52,188 nt of DNA. Origin: Candidatus Limnocylindria bacterium. Its GTDB lineage: Bacteria > Chloroflexota > Limnocylindria > Limnocylindrales > CSP1-4. Numbering within the stretch: the first letter of the stretch is position 1; the number at the start of each line of letters is the position of its first letter. The notes under the pieces are model-generated. The model was not told the DNA's origin. It saw only the letters and a program-made list of their open reading frames with translations, and did no database searches. A program made the position numbers and the translations under genes. Below, piece after piece: positions 18,408-27,890 of this stretch. Where the stretch lies: NCBI GenBank assembly GCA_041491485.1, contig JBGPVC010000003.1, positions 1-52,188 of the forward strand, written 5' to 3'.

Positions 18408-20093
18408 ATGACCGATCGACAGGCCAACCGGGCCGCTCGTCGACGTGCCTGGGAGACCGATCGACTCGACCCTGCCCTGCGCCGGGCACCTGAACGCCGG
18501 ACGCGCTTCTCGACCATCGGTGACACCACCATCGAGCGGCTCTACGGGCCATGGTCCCTGTCAGCGGATGCCGAGGCCCAGATCGGCTTCCCGGGCGAGC
18601 CGCCGTTCACCCGCGGCATCCACCCGACCGGCTATCGCGGCCGCCTCTGGACGATGCGGATGTTCGCCGGGTTCGGCGCGGCGGAGGACACCAACACCAG
18701 GTTCCGCCAGCTGCTCGCGGCCGGCCAGACCGGCCTGTCGATCGCCTACGACATGCCGACCCTCTACGGCTACGACACGGACGACCCCGAGGCCGAAGGC
18801 GAGTTCGGGACCTGTGGCGTCGCGGTCTCGAGCCTGGCCGACATGGAGGTCCTGCTGTCGGGCCTGCCGCTCGATCGGATCTCGACGTCGATGACGATCA
18901 ACTCGCCCGCCGCGCCGATCTGGGCGATGTACATCGTGGCCGCCGAGAAGGCCGGTGTGCCGCGAGCACAGCTGGAGGGCACCACCCAGAACGACATCCT
19001 CAAGGAGTTCGTTGCCCAGAAGGAGTACCTCTTCCCACCGGCGCCGTCGATGCGCCTGGTGACCGACACGATCGAGTTCGGGACGCGCGAGCTGCCGCAC
19101 TGGAACACGGTCTCGATCTCTGGCTACCACATCCGTGAAGCCGGCTCCACGGCGATCCAGGAGCTCGCGTTCACGATCGCCGATGGCATGGCCTACGTCG
19201 AGGCCGCGCTCGCTCGAGGTCTGCGGATCGACGACTTCGCCCCGCGCCTCTCGTTCTTCTTCAACAGCCACAGCGACTTCTTCGAGGAGATTGCCAAGTT
19301 CCGGGCTTCGCGCCGGATCTGGCATCGGCTGATGTCGGAGCGCTACGGCGCCGAGAACGAGCGCTCGACCTGGATGCGCTTCCACACCCAGACGGCGGGC
19401 GTGTCGCTCACGCCGCAGCAGCCGCTCAACAACCTGACCCGCGTCGCGCTCCAGGCGCTGGCGGCGGTGCTCGGCGGGACACAGTCGCTGCACACCGACT
19501 CGTACGACGAAGCGCTGGCGGTCCCGACCGCCGAGGCCGCACTCCTGGCCCTCCGCCAGCAGCAGATCATCGCGGAGGAGACCGGTGTGGATGCCACCGT
19601 CGATCCGCTCGGTGGGTCGTGGTTCGTGGAGGCGCTGACCGACGAGACGGAGGCCGCCGTCCTGCGCTATCTCGATGAGATCGACCACCGGGGCGGGATG
19701 GTCGCGGCGATCACCGATGGCTATCCGCAGCGCGAGATCGCCGACGCCGCCTATCGCTACCAGCGCGAGTTCGATGCCGGTGAGCGTCGAGTCGTCGGGA
19801 TCAACGCCTACGTCGACGAGGCCGAGCGGACCGCGATCCCGGTGCTCGAGATTCCACCCGGATCGCTCGAGCGGCACCTCGACCGGCTCGAGGGGACGCG
19901 CCGGGCCCGTGACGCGTCAGCCGTGGAGGCTGCGCTGCGCGGCCTGCGCGATGCGGCATCCCGCCCGGAGTCGAGCGAGACGAACCTCATGCCGCACTTC
20001 CTGCGCTGCGCCGCCGCGTACGTGACCCTCGGCGAGCAGTGCCACGTCCTGCGCGAGGTCTTCGGGGAGTACCGCGAACCCGTCGCCGTTTGA
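18408..20093 (+). CDS. icmA: Acyl-CoA mutase large (substrate-binding) subunit, isobutyryl-CoA mutase type
   Basis: [54 protein letters not shown]. No B12-binding domain. ATG lies 7 nt after TAGAGT. Confidence 0.85.
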   Translation: MTDRQANRAARRRAWETDRLDPALRRAPERRTRFSTIGDTTIERLYGPWSLSADAEAQIGFPGEPPFTRGIHPTGYRGRLWTMRMFAGFGAAEDTNTRFRQLLAAGQTGLSIAYDMPTLYGYDTDDPEAEGEFGTCGVAVSSLADMEVLLSGLPLDRISTSMTINSPAAPIWAMYIVAAEKAGVPRAQLEGTTQNDILKEFVAQKEYLFPPAPSMRLVTDTIEFGTRELPHWNTVSISGYHIREAGSTAIQELAFTIADGMAYVEAALARGLRIDDFAPRLSFFFNSHSDFFEEIAKFRASRRIWHRLMSERYGAENERSTWMRFHTQTAGVSLTPQQPLNNLTRVALQALAAVLGGTQSLHTDSYDEALAVPTAEAALLALRQQQIIAEETGVDATVDPLGGSWFVEALTDETEAAVLRYLDEIDHRGGMVAAITDGYPQREIADAAYRYQREFDAGERRVVGINAYVDEAERTAIPVLEIPPGSLERHLDRLEGTRRARDASAVEAALRGLRDAASRPESSETNLMPHFLRCAAAYVTLGEQCHVLREVFGEYREPVAV

Positions 20094-20101
20094 CGAGCGG
20101 C

Positions 20102-22375
20102 TCAGACCCCGCCGGTCTCGACCGGTCCGGGCGCCGCGACCGGGTTCCCGTAGTGTCGCCACGCGGCGGCGCCCCACGCCATCCCGACGATGATCGCGAC
20201 GATGCCGACGACGCCGGTGGCCTCCACGCCAGCGGTCGGGCCGAACATGACCAGGCCGATCAGGCAGATCGAGATCAGGACCATCCCGAGCGACGTGGCG
20301 ACGACCGGTCGACGCTCGACGGCTACGTCGCCCAGCGGGCCTCGGGCGACCTGGCGCTCCACGCGGTCCCAACCCGTCCAGCGCGCACGACCCACGCTCA
20401 GCACCACGTAGGCGCCGATCCAGATCGCCATGTATGCGAGCTCGGCGGTCGCGACTTCTGGCAGCCGGAAGATCGCCACGACCGAGCATGCGAGCGCCAC
20501 GACGAAGATCACACTGGAGACCGCGGCGTACGCGTTGGCGATCAGCGGAACCCGCAGGTTCGAGGCGATCCAGGTGCCGAGGAATGTCACGGCCAGGATC
20601 CCGAGTGTCACGATCAGGCCTGGCCGCCAGGCGTCACCCGTGCCGAGCAACCGGTCGTGTCCCGGCACGAACAGCAACACGACACTGGCCAGGACGACGA
20701 TCGTTCCGGCCAGCTCGACCAGCGCGACGCCGGCGCGCGTTCGGGATCCTCCGGGCCACGCGAGATACGCCTGCGGCAGGGCTGCGGCCAGGTACAGGGC
20801 GCTGATCGGCACGACCCCCTGGAGCACGCCCAGCCCGATGCTGCCGGCAGTGGTCGCGACCCAGCCCGGCTGGGTCGGGGCGAGGCCGGGCAGGTCAATC
20901 GTTACGCTGTCGAGCCATGTCGTGCTGAACGTCCGGACGGCGTCGATCAGTCCGCGAACGACCGGCAGGTCCGCTGGGAACCATCGTGCGATGGCGCCAC
21001 CAATGTCGACCAATCGACCCGGCTCGAAACGCAATGCCAGCGCGACCGTCGTGACCCCGAGGACGACGACCACATGGCGCCACAACGCCAGGAGGACGAC
21101 CCGCTGCCGGTGCCGACGAACGCGCGGCTCGGCGGCCAGTCCAGGCGAGGGGCTCGGTATCGCGTCGGGTCGGTAGAACCTGGAGGTCTCGCCCCAGCCA
21201 CTCGGGACGTCGATCTCCTGCATCACCCGGATGGTGAACTCCTCGTCGTTGTCGAAGTAGCCACCGTGGTCGTCGAGAACGCTCCGGCGGTTCCAGACTT
21301 CATCCGACCGAATCCGTGGGTGGGGCTCCATCGGTGGAATCGTCTGGTCTGTCTTGGGAGGACCGGCCGGAGCGGGGTCGTTGCTCGCGTAGAAGTCCTG
21401 CCAGCGCAGCGCAGGCTGGGCGTTGACGAGGTTCGCTCGCAGGCGGTCCCACATGCCACCGTGGTCGCCGGTCAGCTGGAGGGCCAGGTTCCAGCCCTCC
21501 CCGAACGTGATGAGCTTGTCGACCTGGACCTGCTCGACGAGCGCCGGGTCCGTGAGCGTCAGGTAGCTCACCATGACCCCGCCTGAATGCGCAACCACGA
21601 CCACGCGGTCGCAAGTGTCGCGAAGGCGGAGGACGGCATCCGCCAGCCCGGCCCGGATGTTCGCCGATTGCGCCGGGTCGTACAGCAGGATGCGCGCGTC
21701 GCCGAACCAGCCGACGAGGAATTCATCGAACGTCCGCAGGATCGCGGCGTCCTTCAGGGACTGGATCGGGATGACGCCGATGATCCCCCGCACGAGGGCG
21801 TACCCCGCGAGGATGATCGCGGCGAGGATCGTGGTGAAGGGGACGAGGAACGCCCGTGCGAGGAACAGCCAACGGTTGCCTGCGGCGCGGTTGGCCAGGA
21901 TCGCGTCGACGATCCTTCCTGCCGCGCCGCCGGGGCCCAGCCAGGACGTCATCGTCGAGAGGCTCGGAGGTGAGACCTTCGATGCCCACCACGCCTCGGT
22001 CATGACCCATTCCGTTGCCCGGTATGTCGCATCCGGGAACGCCGTCGCCGGCACGCGTACGGTCACCGTGGGGAGTGGGCTCTCCAGGTCGATGGCCGCT
22101 TCGATGACCGGATCATCGGGTTCGTCGGGGGTCGCGCCGGGAAGCGATCGGTCGGCGGGATTCGGATTCGGCCAGCGCCACCAATCGGTCAGGATCTCGA
22201 TGATCGGCGCCGACCACTGGAGCAGGGTCTCGCCGGCCTTCTGCGATCCGATGCCGTGGACGAAGACGATCCCGACCCTGTCCTCGCTCGCGAAGTCGGG
22301 GCGCACGGATCGACGGCGGCCGGGGTCCGACAACCTCGACGGGAAGGGACCAAGCGATTTCTTGGTGGGTGGCAT
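20102..22375 (-). CDS. Membrane protein with N-terminal alpha/beta-hydrolase-like domain and multi-TM C-terminus
   Basis: GIVFVHGIG, VVVVAHSGG, LITFG, NDP, DHGGYF, followed by about 9-10 hydrophobic helices. The start could be 22396. Confidence 0.7.
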   Translation of the reverse strand: MPPTKKSLGPFPSRLSDPGRRRSVRPDFASEDRVGIVFVHGIGSQKAGETLLQWSAPIIEILTDWWRWPNPNPADRSLPGATPDEPDDPVIEAAIDLESPLPTVTVRVPATAFPDATYRATEWVMTEAWWASKVSPPSLSTMTSWLGPGGAAGRIVDAILANRAAGNRWLFLARAFLVPFTTILAAIILAGYALVRGIIGVIPIQSLKDAAILRTFDEFLVGWFGDARILLYDPAQSANIRAGLADAVLRLRDTCDRVVVVAHSGGVMVSYLTLTDPALVEQVQVDKLITFGEGWNLALQLTGDHGGMWDRLRANLVNAQPALRWQDFYASNDPAPAGPPKTDQTIPPMEPHPRIRSDEVWNRRSVLDDHGGYFDNDEEFTIRVMQEIDVPSGWGETSRFYRPDAIPSPSPGLAAEPRVRRHRQRVVLLALWRHVVVVLGVTTVALALRFEPGRLVDIGGAIARWFPADLPVVRGLIDAVRTFSTTWLDSVTIDLPGLAPTQPGWVATTAGSIGLGVLQGVVPISALYLAAALPQAYLAWPGGSRTRAGVALVELAGTIVVLASVVLLFVPGHDRLLGTGDAWRPGLIVTLGILAVTFLGTWIASNLRVPLIANAYAAVSSVIFVVALACSVVAIFRLPEVATAELAYMAIWIGAYVVLSVGRARWTGWDRVERQVARGPLGDVAVERRPVVATSLGMVLISICLIGLVMFGPTAGVEATGVVGIVAIIVGMAWGAAAWRHYGNPVAAPGPVETGGV

Positions 22376-22451
22376 CCTCGGGCGATGGTGCCACATGCCT
22401 GACTCATCGGCGTCTCCGATTTCGCGGCGCGGCTCCGGCTACCATGGGCGC

Positions 22452-22934
22452 ATGTACCTCGACTCGCTGGAGTTCCTCGAGGAGGAGCGCGAGGCCTGGG
22501 CCCCGTTCGAGGCGTTGGCCGGGCTGACCGACGACCAGTTATCGATCCCCGTCGCCGCGGCGCACGGGTGGTCGGGCCGGCAGCTGATGGCGCACCTCGT
22601 GGCCTGGCAGGAGGTCGCCCTGTCGGTCGCCACCGAGCTGGCGGTCAACGAGACCAGCCCGGCAAAGGCCCGATCCGACGCCGACTGGGAGTCGCGTGGC
22701 GGCGAGGTGATCAACGCCGAGGTCGATGCCCGCTGGGCGGCGCGGCCGCTGGACGAGCTGCGGTCAAGGTTCCGGACGCTGCCCGGCGAGCTTCGCGGCT
22801 ACCTGACGGTCGTTCCGGAGACTCGCTGGCTCAAGCACGCCGATCATCTGCGGTTCTTCCAGGAGGAGACGACCGAGCACTACGAGGAGCACCGAGCCGA
22901 CCTGGAGGCGGTGCTGGCCGCGACACGCGGTTGA
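22452..22934 (+). CDS. DinB/MDMPI/ClbS-like four-helix-bundle protein
   Basis: GWSGRQLMAHLVAWQE and EHYEEH. ATG lies 6 nt after TACCAT. Confidence 0.75.
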   Translation: MYLDSLEFLEEEREAWAPFEALAGLTDDQLSIPVAAAHGWSGRQLMAHLVAWQEVALSVATELAVNETSPAKARSDADWESRGGEVINAEVDARWAARPLDELRSRFRTLPGELRGYLTVVPETRWLKHADHLRFFQEETTEHYEEHRADLEAVLAATRG

Positions 22935-23242
22935 CCCTGCGCGAGCTGCTGGAGTCCGCGGCATCCGACCTGGACGATGTGGCTGCCGCCCAGTCGCCCG
23001 GTGGCGGCATCACCTGGTCGCGTACAACGGCAATCTTCACGGTGCTTGGCGCTGAGGGCGCCTCGGCCGAGTTCCTCCTGGATCCTGCGATCGCAGCGGC
23101 GGCGGTCCGCACGCCGGATGCCGCGCCGTCACCGCGCGGCACCGGCTGGGTGCTGTTCCGCCCGGCCGCGCTCGATGCGCACGCCGTCGATCGGGCGATG
23201 GCCTGGTTCGTCTCCGCCTACCGCCGAGCAAAGAAGCGGTAG
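22931..23242 (+). CDS. Hypothetical protein (YjbR/DUF5655-like fold possible)
   Basis: TTGA overlap with the upstream stop; ends GWVLF..DRAMAWFVSAYRRA. Confidence 0.6.
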   Translation: MTLRELLESAASDLDDVAAAQSPGGGITWSRTTAIFTVLGAEGASAEFLLDPAIAAAAVRTPDAAPSPRGTGWVLFRPAALDAHAVDRAMAWFVSAYRRAKKR

Positions 23243-23254
23243 CGTGCGCCGGCA

Positions 23255-23519
23255 GTGCCCGGGACGCTGGTCGGACCCTTCTGTCCGGTTCGTGCGCAAG
23301 ACGCAAGCTTTCAACCGAGGTGTTGCGTCGGATGCACGAACGGTCGCCGGTGCCGTTAGCCACGTCGGTTCGTTGCGTGTCAGGCACGCGCAACGCGCGA
23401 CAGGACCCCGCGGTGTCACGTCCTTGCGGAAGGCGCAATTCCACCGCAGATCAGGAGGCGACCCGGCTCGTCGGCCGACCACGCGTGCATTCCATGCAAC
23501 GGCACCGTGGCCCGGGCAT
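23255..23519. other. ORF-free multi-hairpin intergenic element (ncRNA or MITE/REP-like)
   Basis: Nested stems: 23255-63 with 23511-19, 23348-57 with 23498-507, 23288-95 with 23334-41, 23371-80 with 23386-95, and others. Confidence 0.55.
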
Positions 23520-23552
23520 CGCTCCGGCGCCGCGTATCAGGGCGGAATCGAA

Positions 23553-23579
23553 ACGACCCCGGTCGATGACCGGGGTCGT
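23553..23579 (-). terminator. Intrinsic terminator downstream of trxA
   Basis: ACGACCCCGGTC-GAT-GACCGGGGTCGT, a perfect 12-bp stem with a short T-run on the minus strand. Confidence 0.75.
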
Positions 23580-23603
23580 GTGTTGCCGTGAGGTGCCCGC
23601 TGG

Positions 23604-23948
23604 TCAGTCGGCGGCGACTGGCGCGAACTCCGCGAGGCCGAAGGACTGCTCGAGCTGCTCGAGCGGGCGGAAGCCCACGACGCCCTGCGGCTGCTTGCCG
23701 GGTCGGAAGAAGGCAATGACGGGGATGCTCAGGATGTTGAAGGCCTGCGACAGTCCGGGGTTGGCATCGACGTCGACCTTGACGACATCGACCGCACCGT
23801 CGTACTTGGCGGCCAGCTTCTCCATCTCGGGGGCGACCATCTTGCACGGGCCGCACCAGGCAGCCCAGAAGTCCACCACGACCGGGCGCTCCGACTTGAG
23901 GACGAGCTCCTCGAAATTCGCGTCGGTCGCGACCCTGATCTCCGCCAT
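23604..23948 (-). CDS. trxA: Thioredoxin
   Basis: VVVDFWAAWCGPCKMVAP; GGAA/AGGGA purine-rich SD upstream. Confidence 0.95.
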   Translation of the reverse strand: MAEIRVATDANFEELVLKSERPVVVDFWAAWCGPCKMVAPEMEKLAAKYDGAVDVVKVDVDANPGLSQAFNILSIPVIAFFRPGKQPQGVVGFRPLEQLEQSFGLAEFAPVAAD

Positions 23949-23974
23949 GGGATCCGTTTCCCTTTCCTTGCGCC

Positions 23975-24286
23975 CTAGCGGGCGATGTCCTGGATGAGTC
24001 GATACGCCTCGAGGACGCGCGGGTCGGTGAGGCGGTAGAAGACGGTGCTGCCTTCGCGCCGGGTCGTCACGAGGCCGGCACTCCGAAGCACCGCGAGATG
24101 CTGGCTCATGTTCGGCACGTGGCATCCGACCTGCGTGCTCAGATCGCCCACGGACAGCTCCCCGGACGCCAGGGACTCGAGCACGCACAGGCGCTTCGGG
24201 TCCGAGAAGGCTCGAGCCACGGCCGCATAGCGCAGCCGTTCCGGCTCGGCGGAGACCGCCGGTTGGTCGATCAACTGATCCAACAT
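23975..24286 (-). CDS. ArsR/SmtB family transcriptional regulator
   Basis: RAFSDPKRLCVL..ELSVGDL..NMSQHLAVLRSAGLVTTRREG..VFYRL. TATGGT box upstream; start uncertain. Confidence 0.9.
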   Translation of the reverse strand: MLDQLIDQPAVSAEPERLRYAAVARAFSDPKRLCVLESLASGELSVGDLSTQVGCHVPNMSQHLAVLRSAGLVTTRREGSTVFYRLTDPRVLEAYRLIQDIAR

Positions 24287-24357
24287 CAAGAAGGACCATA
24301 TCATCGCTTGCGCAAGCACGCAAGTCGACTCGAGCCCTGCGTGCGATACTCCGGCGC

Positions 24358-25389
24358 ATGTCTCCGGAGCCGCAGTCGGACCACATCGTCTCGATCGCCG
24401 AGATCGAGGCGGCGCGCGAGCGCCTCGTCGGGCGCGTCCATCGAACGCCGACGATGAGCTCGGCGACCGCCGCAGCCTGGGTGACGGCGGCGACCGGCGT
24501 CAGGATCGGCGACGACCGGCTCTACCTGAAGCCCGAACAACTCCAGAAGACCGGATCGTTCAAGCCGCGCGGCATGACCAACCGGATCGCGACCTTGCCC
24601 CTGGCCGCGAGGGAACGGGGCGTGATCACTCTGTCCGCCGGCAACGCCGGCCAGGCCTACGCGTGGGCCGGTCGCACGGCCGGCGTCGCGGTGACCGTGA
24701 CCATGCCGGCGGGCGCCGTCCGCTCGAAGGTCGACGCCTGCCTCGGCTATGGCGCCCGGGTCGTCCTGCATGGCGCCCACGTCGGCGAGACCCTCGCGGA
24801 GCTGGAGCGGATCCGCGACGCGGAAGGGCTCGAGTTCGTTCACCCATTCGACGACCCGGCCGTCATCGCCGGCCACGGTTCGATCGGGCTGGAGCTGCTC
24901 GAGGACCTTCCCGAGCTCGACGTCGTGGTGGTCGGCGTGGGTGGTGGCGGGCTCATCTCCGGCATCGCCGCCGCGCTCAAGGAACGACGCCCGGGCGTCC
25001 GCGTCTACGGGGTCGAACCCGAGCGCTCAAACGCGGTCAGCCTGGCCATCGAGACCGGGGAGATCGTCCGGATCCATCCCGAGAGCGTGGCCGACGGCCT
25101 CGGCGCCCCGTTCGCCGGGGTCTGGACGATGGCCATGGCCCGGCGCTATCTCGATGACATCGTCCTGCTCGACGACCCGACCATCCTGGCGGGCATGCGC
25201 TTTGCGGTCGAGCGCCTCAAGCAGGTCCTCGAACCGGCCGGGTCGGCCGCGCTGGCGGCGGTGCTCGCCGGGCGGGTCCCGATCCGCGACGGCGAGCGGG
25301 TCGCGGTCGTCCTGTCGGGTGGCAACGTCGAGGTCGGCCGGATCGGCGAGCTGCTGGCCGCGGCCGGCACGCTCCCGGGAGCCGGCTGA
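24358..25389 (+). CDS. Threonine/serine dehydratase (PLP fold type II)
   Basis: LYLKPEQLQKTGSFKPRG, SAGNAG, HPFDDP, VGGGGLISG, LEPAG, LSGGNV. Confidence 0.9.
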   Translation: MSPEPQSDHIVSIAEIEAARERLVGRVHRTPTMSSATAAAWVTAATGVRIGDDRLYLKPEQLQKTGSFKPRGMTNRIATLPLAARERGVITLSAGNAGQAYAWAGRTAGVAVTVTMPAGAVRSKVDACLGYGARVVLHGAHVGETLAELERIRDAEGLEFVHPFDDPAVIAGHGSIGLELLEDLPELDVVVVGVGGGGLISGIAAALKERRPGVRVYGVEPERSNAVSLAIETGEIVRIHPESVADGLGAPFAGVWTMAMARRYLDDIVLLDDPTILAGMRFAVERLKQVLEPAGSAALAAVLAGRVPIRDGERVAVVLSGGNVEVGRIGELLAAAGTLPGAG

Positions 25390-25397
25390 GCTCATCC

Positions 25398-25805
25398 TCA
25401 GTCGAGGCCGAGCTCCTCGAGCCGGCTGTCGTCGATGCCCAGGTGGTGGGCGAGCTCATGGATGACGGTGGCCCAGACCTCGTCGGCGAGCTCGTCGGGA
25501 TCGGCGAAGTCCGCCTCGAGCGGTAGCCGGAACAGGGTGATCCGGTTCGGGACGGGCGCCCAGTCGGCGCCCCATTCGGTGCGCGGGACGCCTTCGTACA
25601 GCCCGTACAGCGTCTCGTCGGGCTCGATCTCATTCTCGCGGAGCTGCTCGGGCGACGGCTCGTCGGCGATCACGATTGCGACTTCGTCGAGTGCCGCGGC
25701 GAACGGCTGGGGGATCGAGGCCAGTGCGTGATCGACCAGCACCTCGAACGGGCGATGGTGGCTGGATCGGCGGGCGCGCTGGGCGCCCCGGCGGCGCTTG
25801 GCCAT
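25398..25805 (-). CDS. Zincin-like metallopeptidase family protein (Zincin_1)
   Basis: LYGLYEGVP, PNRITLFR, TVIHELAHHLGIDD (HExxH). Confidence 0.9.
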   Translation of the reverse strand: MAKRRRGAQRARRSSHHRPFEVLVDHALASIPQPFAAALDEVAIVIADEPSPEQLRENEIEPDETLYGLYEGVPRTEWGADWAPVPNRITLFRLPLEADFADPDELADEVWATVIHELAHHLGIDDSRLEELGLD

Positions 25806-25825
25806 GGCGATCGTATCCTAGGGTG

Positions 25826-26746
25826 ATGGAGACGGTGCCGCCGCCGGATCTGGCTGCCGAGCCGGATGGGTTCGTCGTCGAGATTGGTGCGGGCGAGCGG
25901 ATCCATTTCCTGGACTGGGGCGGCCCGGTCGGCGCCACCGGCGTGCTGGCCATCCACGGGCTCTCCAACACGGCATGGTCGTGGGCGCCCGTCGCTCGCC
26001 GGCTGCGAACCGTTCGCCGCGTCGTGGCCATGGACCTGCGTGGTCACGGCCTGTCCGACGCGCCGACCGACGGATACGATCCGAACACCCTTGGAGGCGA
26101 TGGCGAGGCCGTGGCCGAGGGTTCCGGACTGCTGGCGGAGCCAGGCGACCGGGTCGTCGTCGCGGGCCACGGGTTCGGGGCGATCGTGGCGGCCTGGAGC
26201 GCGGCCGCGCTCGAGTCCCGCTGCGCCGGCGTCGTCCTCGTCGATGGCGGCTGGGAGTCCCTGGAGACCGCCAGTGGGATGGAGGTCGACGAGTTCCTGC
26301 GGGGCCTCGACGAGCCGCCCGAGGTGATGCGCTCCCTGGGCGCCTTCCTCGCCGACCGGCGGGCGTTCGATCCGGCCAGCTGGGACGCCGATCAGGAACG
26401 CGCGGCACGGGCGACGGTGGTGGAGACTCACGCCGGCCATGTCGTTCCATCCACGCGGCCGCACGCGACGGAGGCCTGCGTCCGGGCGATGTTCGCGTTC
26501 GAGCCCGAACCGGCGCTGGCCGCCATCGCTGCCCCGATCACGGCGATCATCGCCGCCGACGACGCGTCGGGGGCGCGAGCGGCCGCCCTCGCCAGCGCCT
26601 CGGCCGCCCGCGTCGAGTCCGGCCGCGAGCCGATCCGAGGCATGGTCATCGGGCATACCGGCCACAACCTGATGCGCTACCGTCCCGCCGAGGTCTGCGC
26701 GGCGATCCTGTCGGCGGCGCGGCCCATGGTCATGCCGAACCGATAG
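25826..26746 (+). CDS. Alpha/beta fold hydrolase-like protein lacking the nucleophile Ser
   Basis: LAIHGL and MDLRGHGLS are present; the elbow reads GHGFG instead of GHSxG; C-terminal GHNL. Confidence 0.8.
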   Translation: METVPPPDLAAEPDGFVVEIGAGERIHFLDWGGPVGATGVLAIHGLSNTAWSWAPVARRLRTVRRVVAMDLRGHGLSDAPTDGYDPNTLGGDGEAVAEGSGLLAEPGDRVVVAGHGFGAIVAAWSAAALESRCAGVVLVDGGWESLETASGMEVDEFLRGLDEPPEVMRSLGAFLADRRAFDPASWDADQERAARATVVETHAGHVVPSTRPHATEACVRAMFAFEPEPALAAIAAPITAIIAADDASGARAAALASASAARVESGREPIRGMVIGHTGHNLMRYRPAEVCAAILSAARPMVMPNR

Positions 26747-26755
26747 AGGGTCACG

Positions 26756-27874
26756 ATGCAGGTCGTCTATTCGCCAGCGCATCTCGGCCACGACATCACG
26801 GTCGAGACCTTCATGGGCCTGCCGATCCCGGCCAACGAGGTCGCCGAGCGCGCCGAACGCATCCGGACGGCACTCGACGCTGACGGCGGCTTTCCGAGGA
26901 TCGAGCCGACCGCCCATGGCGAGGCACCAATCACCGCCGTCCACGAACCGGCCCTCGTTCGCTTCCTCGAGGTCGCCTGGTCGGAGCTGCGAGCGCAGGG
27001 GCTGCCGCGGGCCTTCCTCTCCGCCGACACCTACCCGAACGTCCGGATGTTCGAGGGCATGTCCGATGCGGCCGTGGCGGCGCTGGCGAGGGAGCCGGTG
27101 CATGCGGCCGGCCGTGCCGGGTTCTGGGGCCTCGACTCGGCGGCCCCGCTGGTCGCCGGCACCTACTCCGCGGCCCGTGCCGCCGTGGACGTGGCGCTCA
27201 CGGCGGTCGACCTCGTCCTCGGCGGCGCGGCGGCGGCCTACGGCCTGTGCCGGCCGCCCGGGCACCACGCCGCCCGCTCGATGTACGGCGGCTACTGCTT
27301 CTTCAACAACGCCGCAGTCGCCGCCGAAGCGATCGTCCGGGCGACCGGCGAGCGGGTGGCGATCCTCGACGTCGACTACCACCATGGCAACGGAAGCCAG
27401 CAGATCTTCTGGCGCCGTGGCGACGTTCGCTACGTCTCGATCCATGCGCACCCGGACCGCGCGTACCCCTATTTCCTGGGCCGCGCCGACGAGACCGGCG
27501 AGGGCGATGGGGCGGGGGAGAACCTCAACATCCCGTTGCGGGCCGGCGCGACCAATGAGGACTACCTGGTCGCCGTGGATCGCGCGCTGGAAGCGATCAC
27601 GGCAATACCCGGATCGGTCATCGTCGTGTCGCTTGGCTTCGACAGCTACGGCCTCGACCCGATCGGTGACTTCGCCCTGACCACCGACGTCTATCACGAG
27701 GTGGGTCGCCGGGTCGCGGCGACGGGACGGCGCCTCGTCATCCTCCAGGAGGGCGGCTACCATCGGCCGTCGCTGGGAGAGAACGCCAGGGCCTGGCTCC
27801 GCGGCGCGGAAGGCCGTTCCTTCGATCCGCTGCCGGCCGGCGGGTTCGGCGAGACCGGGGCCGTCGCCGGGTGA
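26756..27874 (+). CDS. Histone-deacetylase family protein (acetylpolyamine amidohydrolase-like)
   Basis: LCRPPGHHA, GGYCFFNNAA, ILDVDYHHGNGSQ, SLGFD, QEGGY. Confidence 0.92.
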   Translation: MQVVYSPAHLGHDITVETFMGLPIPANEVAERAERIRTALDADGGFPRIEPTAHGEAPITAVHEPALVRFLEVAWSELRAQGLPRAFLSADTYPNVRMFEGMSDAAVAALAREPVHAAGRAGFWGLDSAAPLVAGTYSAARAAVDVALTAVDLVLGGAAAAYGLCRPPGHHAARSMYGGYCFFNNAAVAAEAIVRATGERVAILDVDYHHGNGSQQIFWRRGDVRYVSIHAHPDRAYPYFLGRADETGEGDGAGENLNIPLRAGATNEDYLVAVDRALEAITAIPGSVIVVSLGFDSYGLDPIGDFALTTDVYHEVGRRVAATGRRLVILQEGGYHRPSLGENARAWLRGAEGRSFDPLPAGGFGETGAVAG

Positions 27875-27890
27875 CGCCACCGACGGGGAC

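Noticed and set aside
18408-20093. Mutase as a truncated pseudogene lacking its B12 domain
   Set aside because: Split large and small subunits are a normal architecture, and the B12-binding subunit is at 30820-31224.
23037-23997. Short ORFs across the 23.25-23.6 kb gap
   Set aside because: They overlap real genes in other frames and have no motifs or translation signals.
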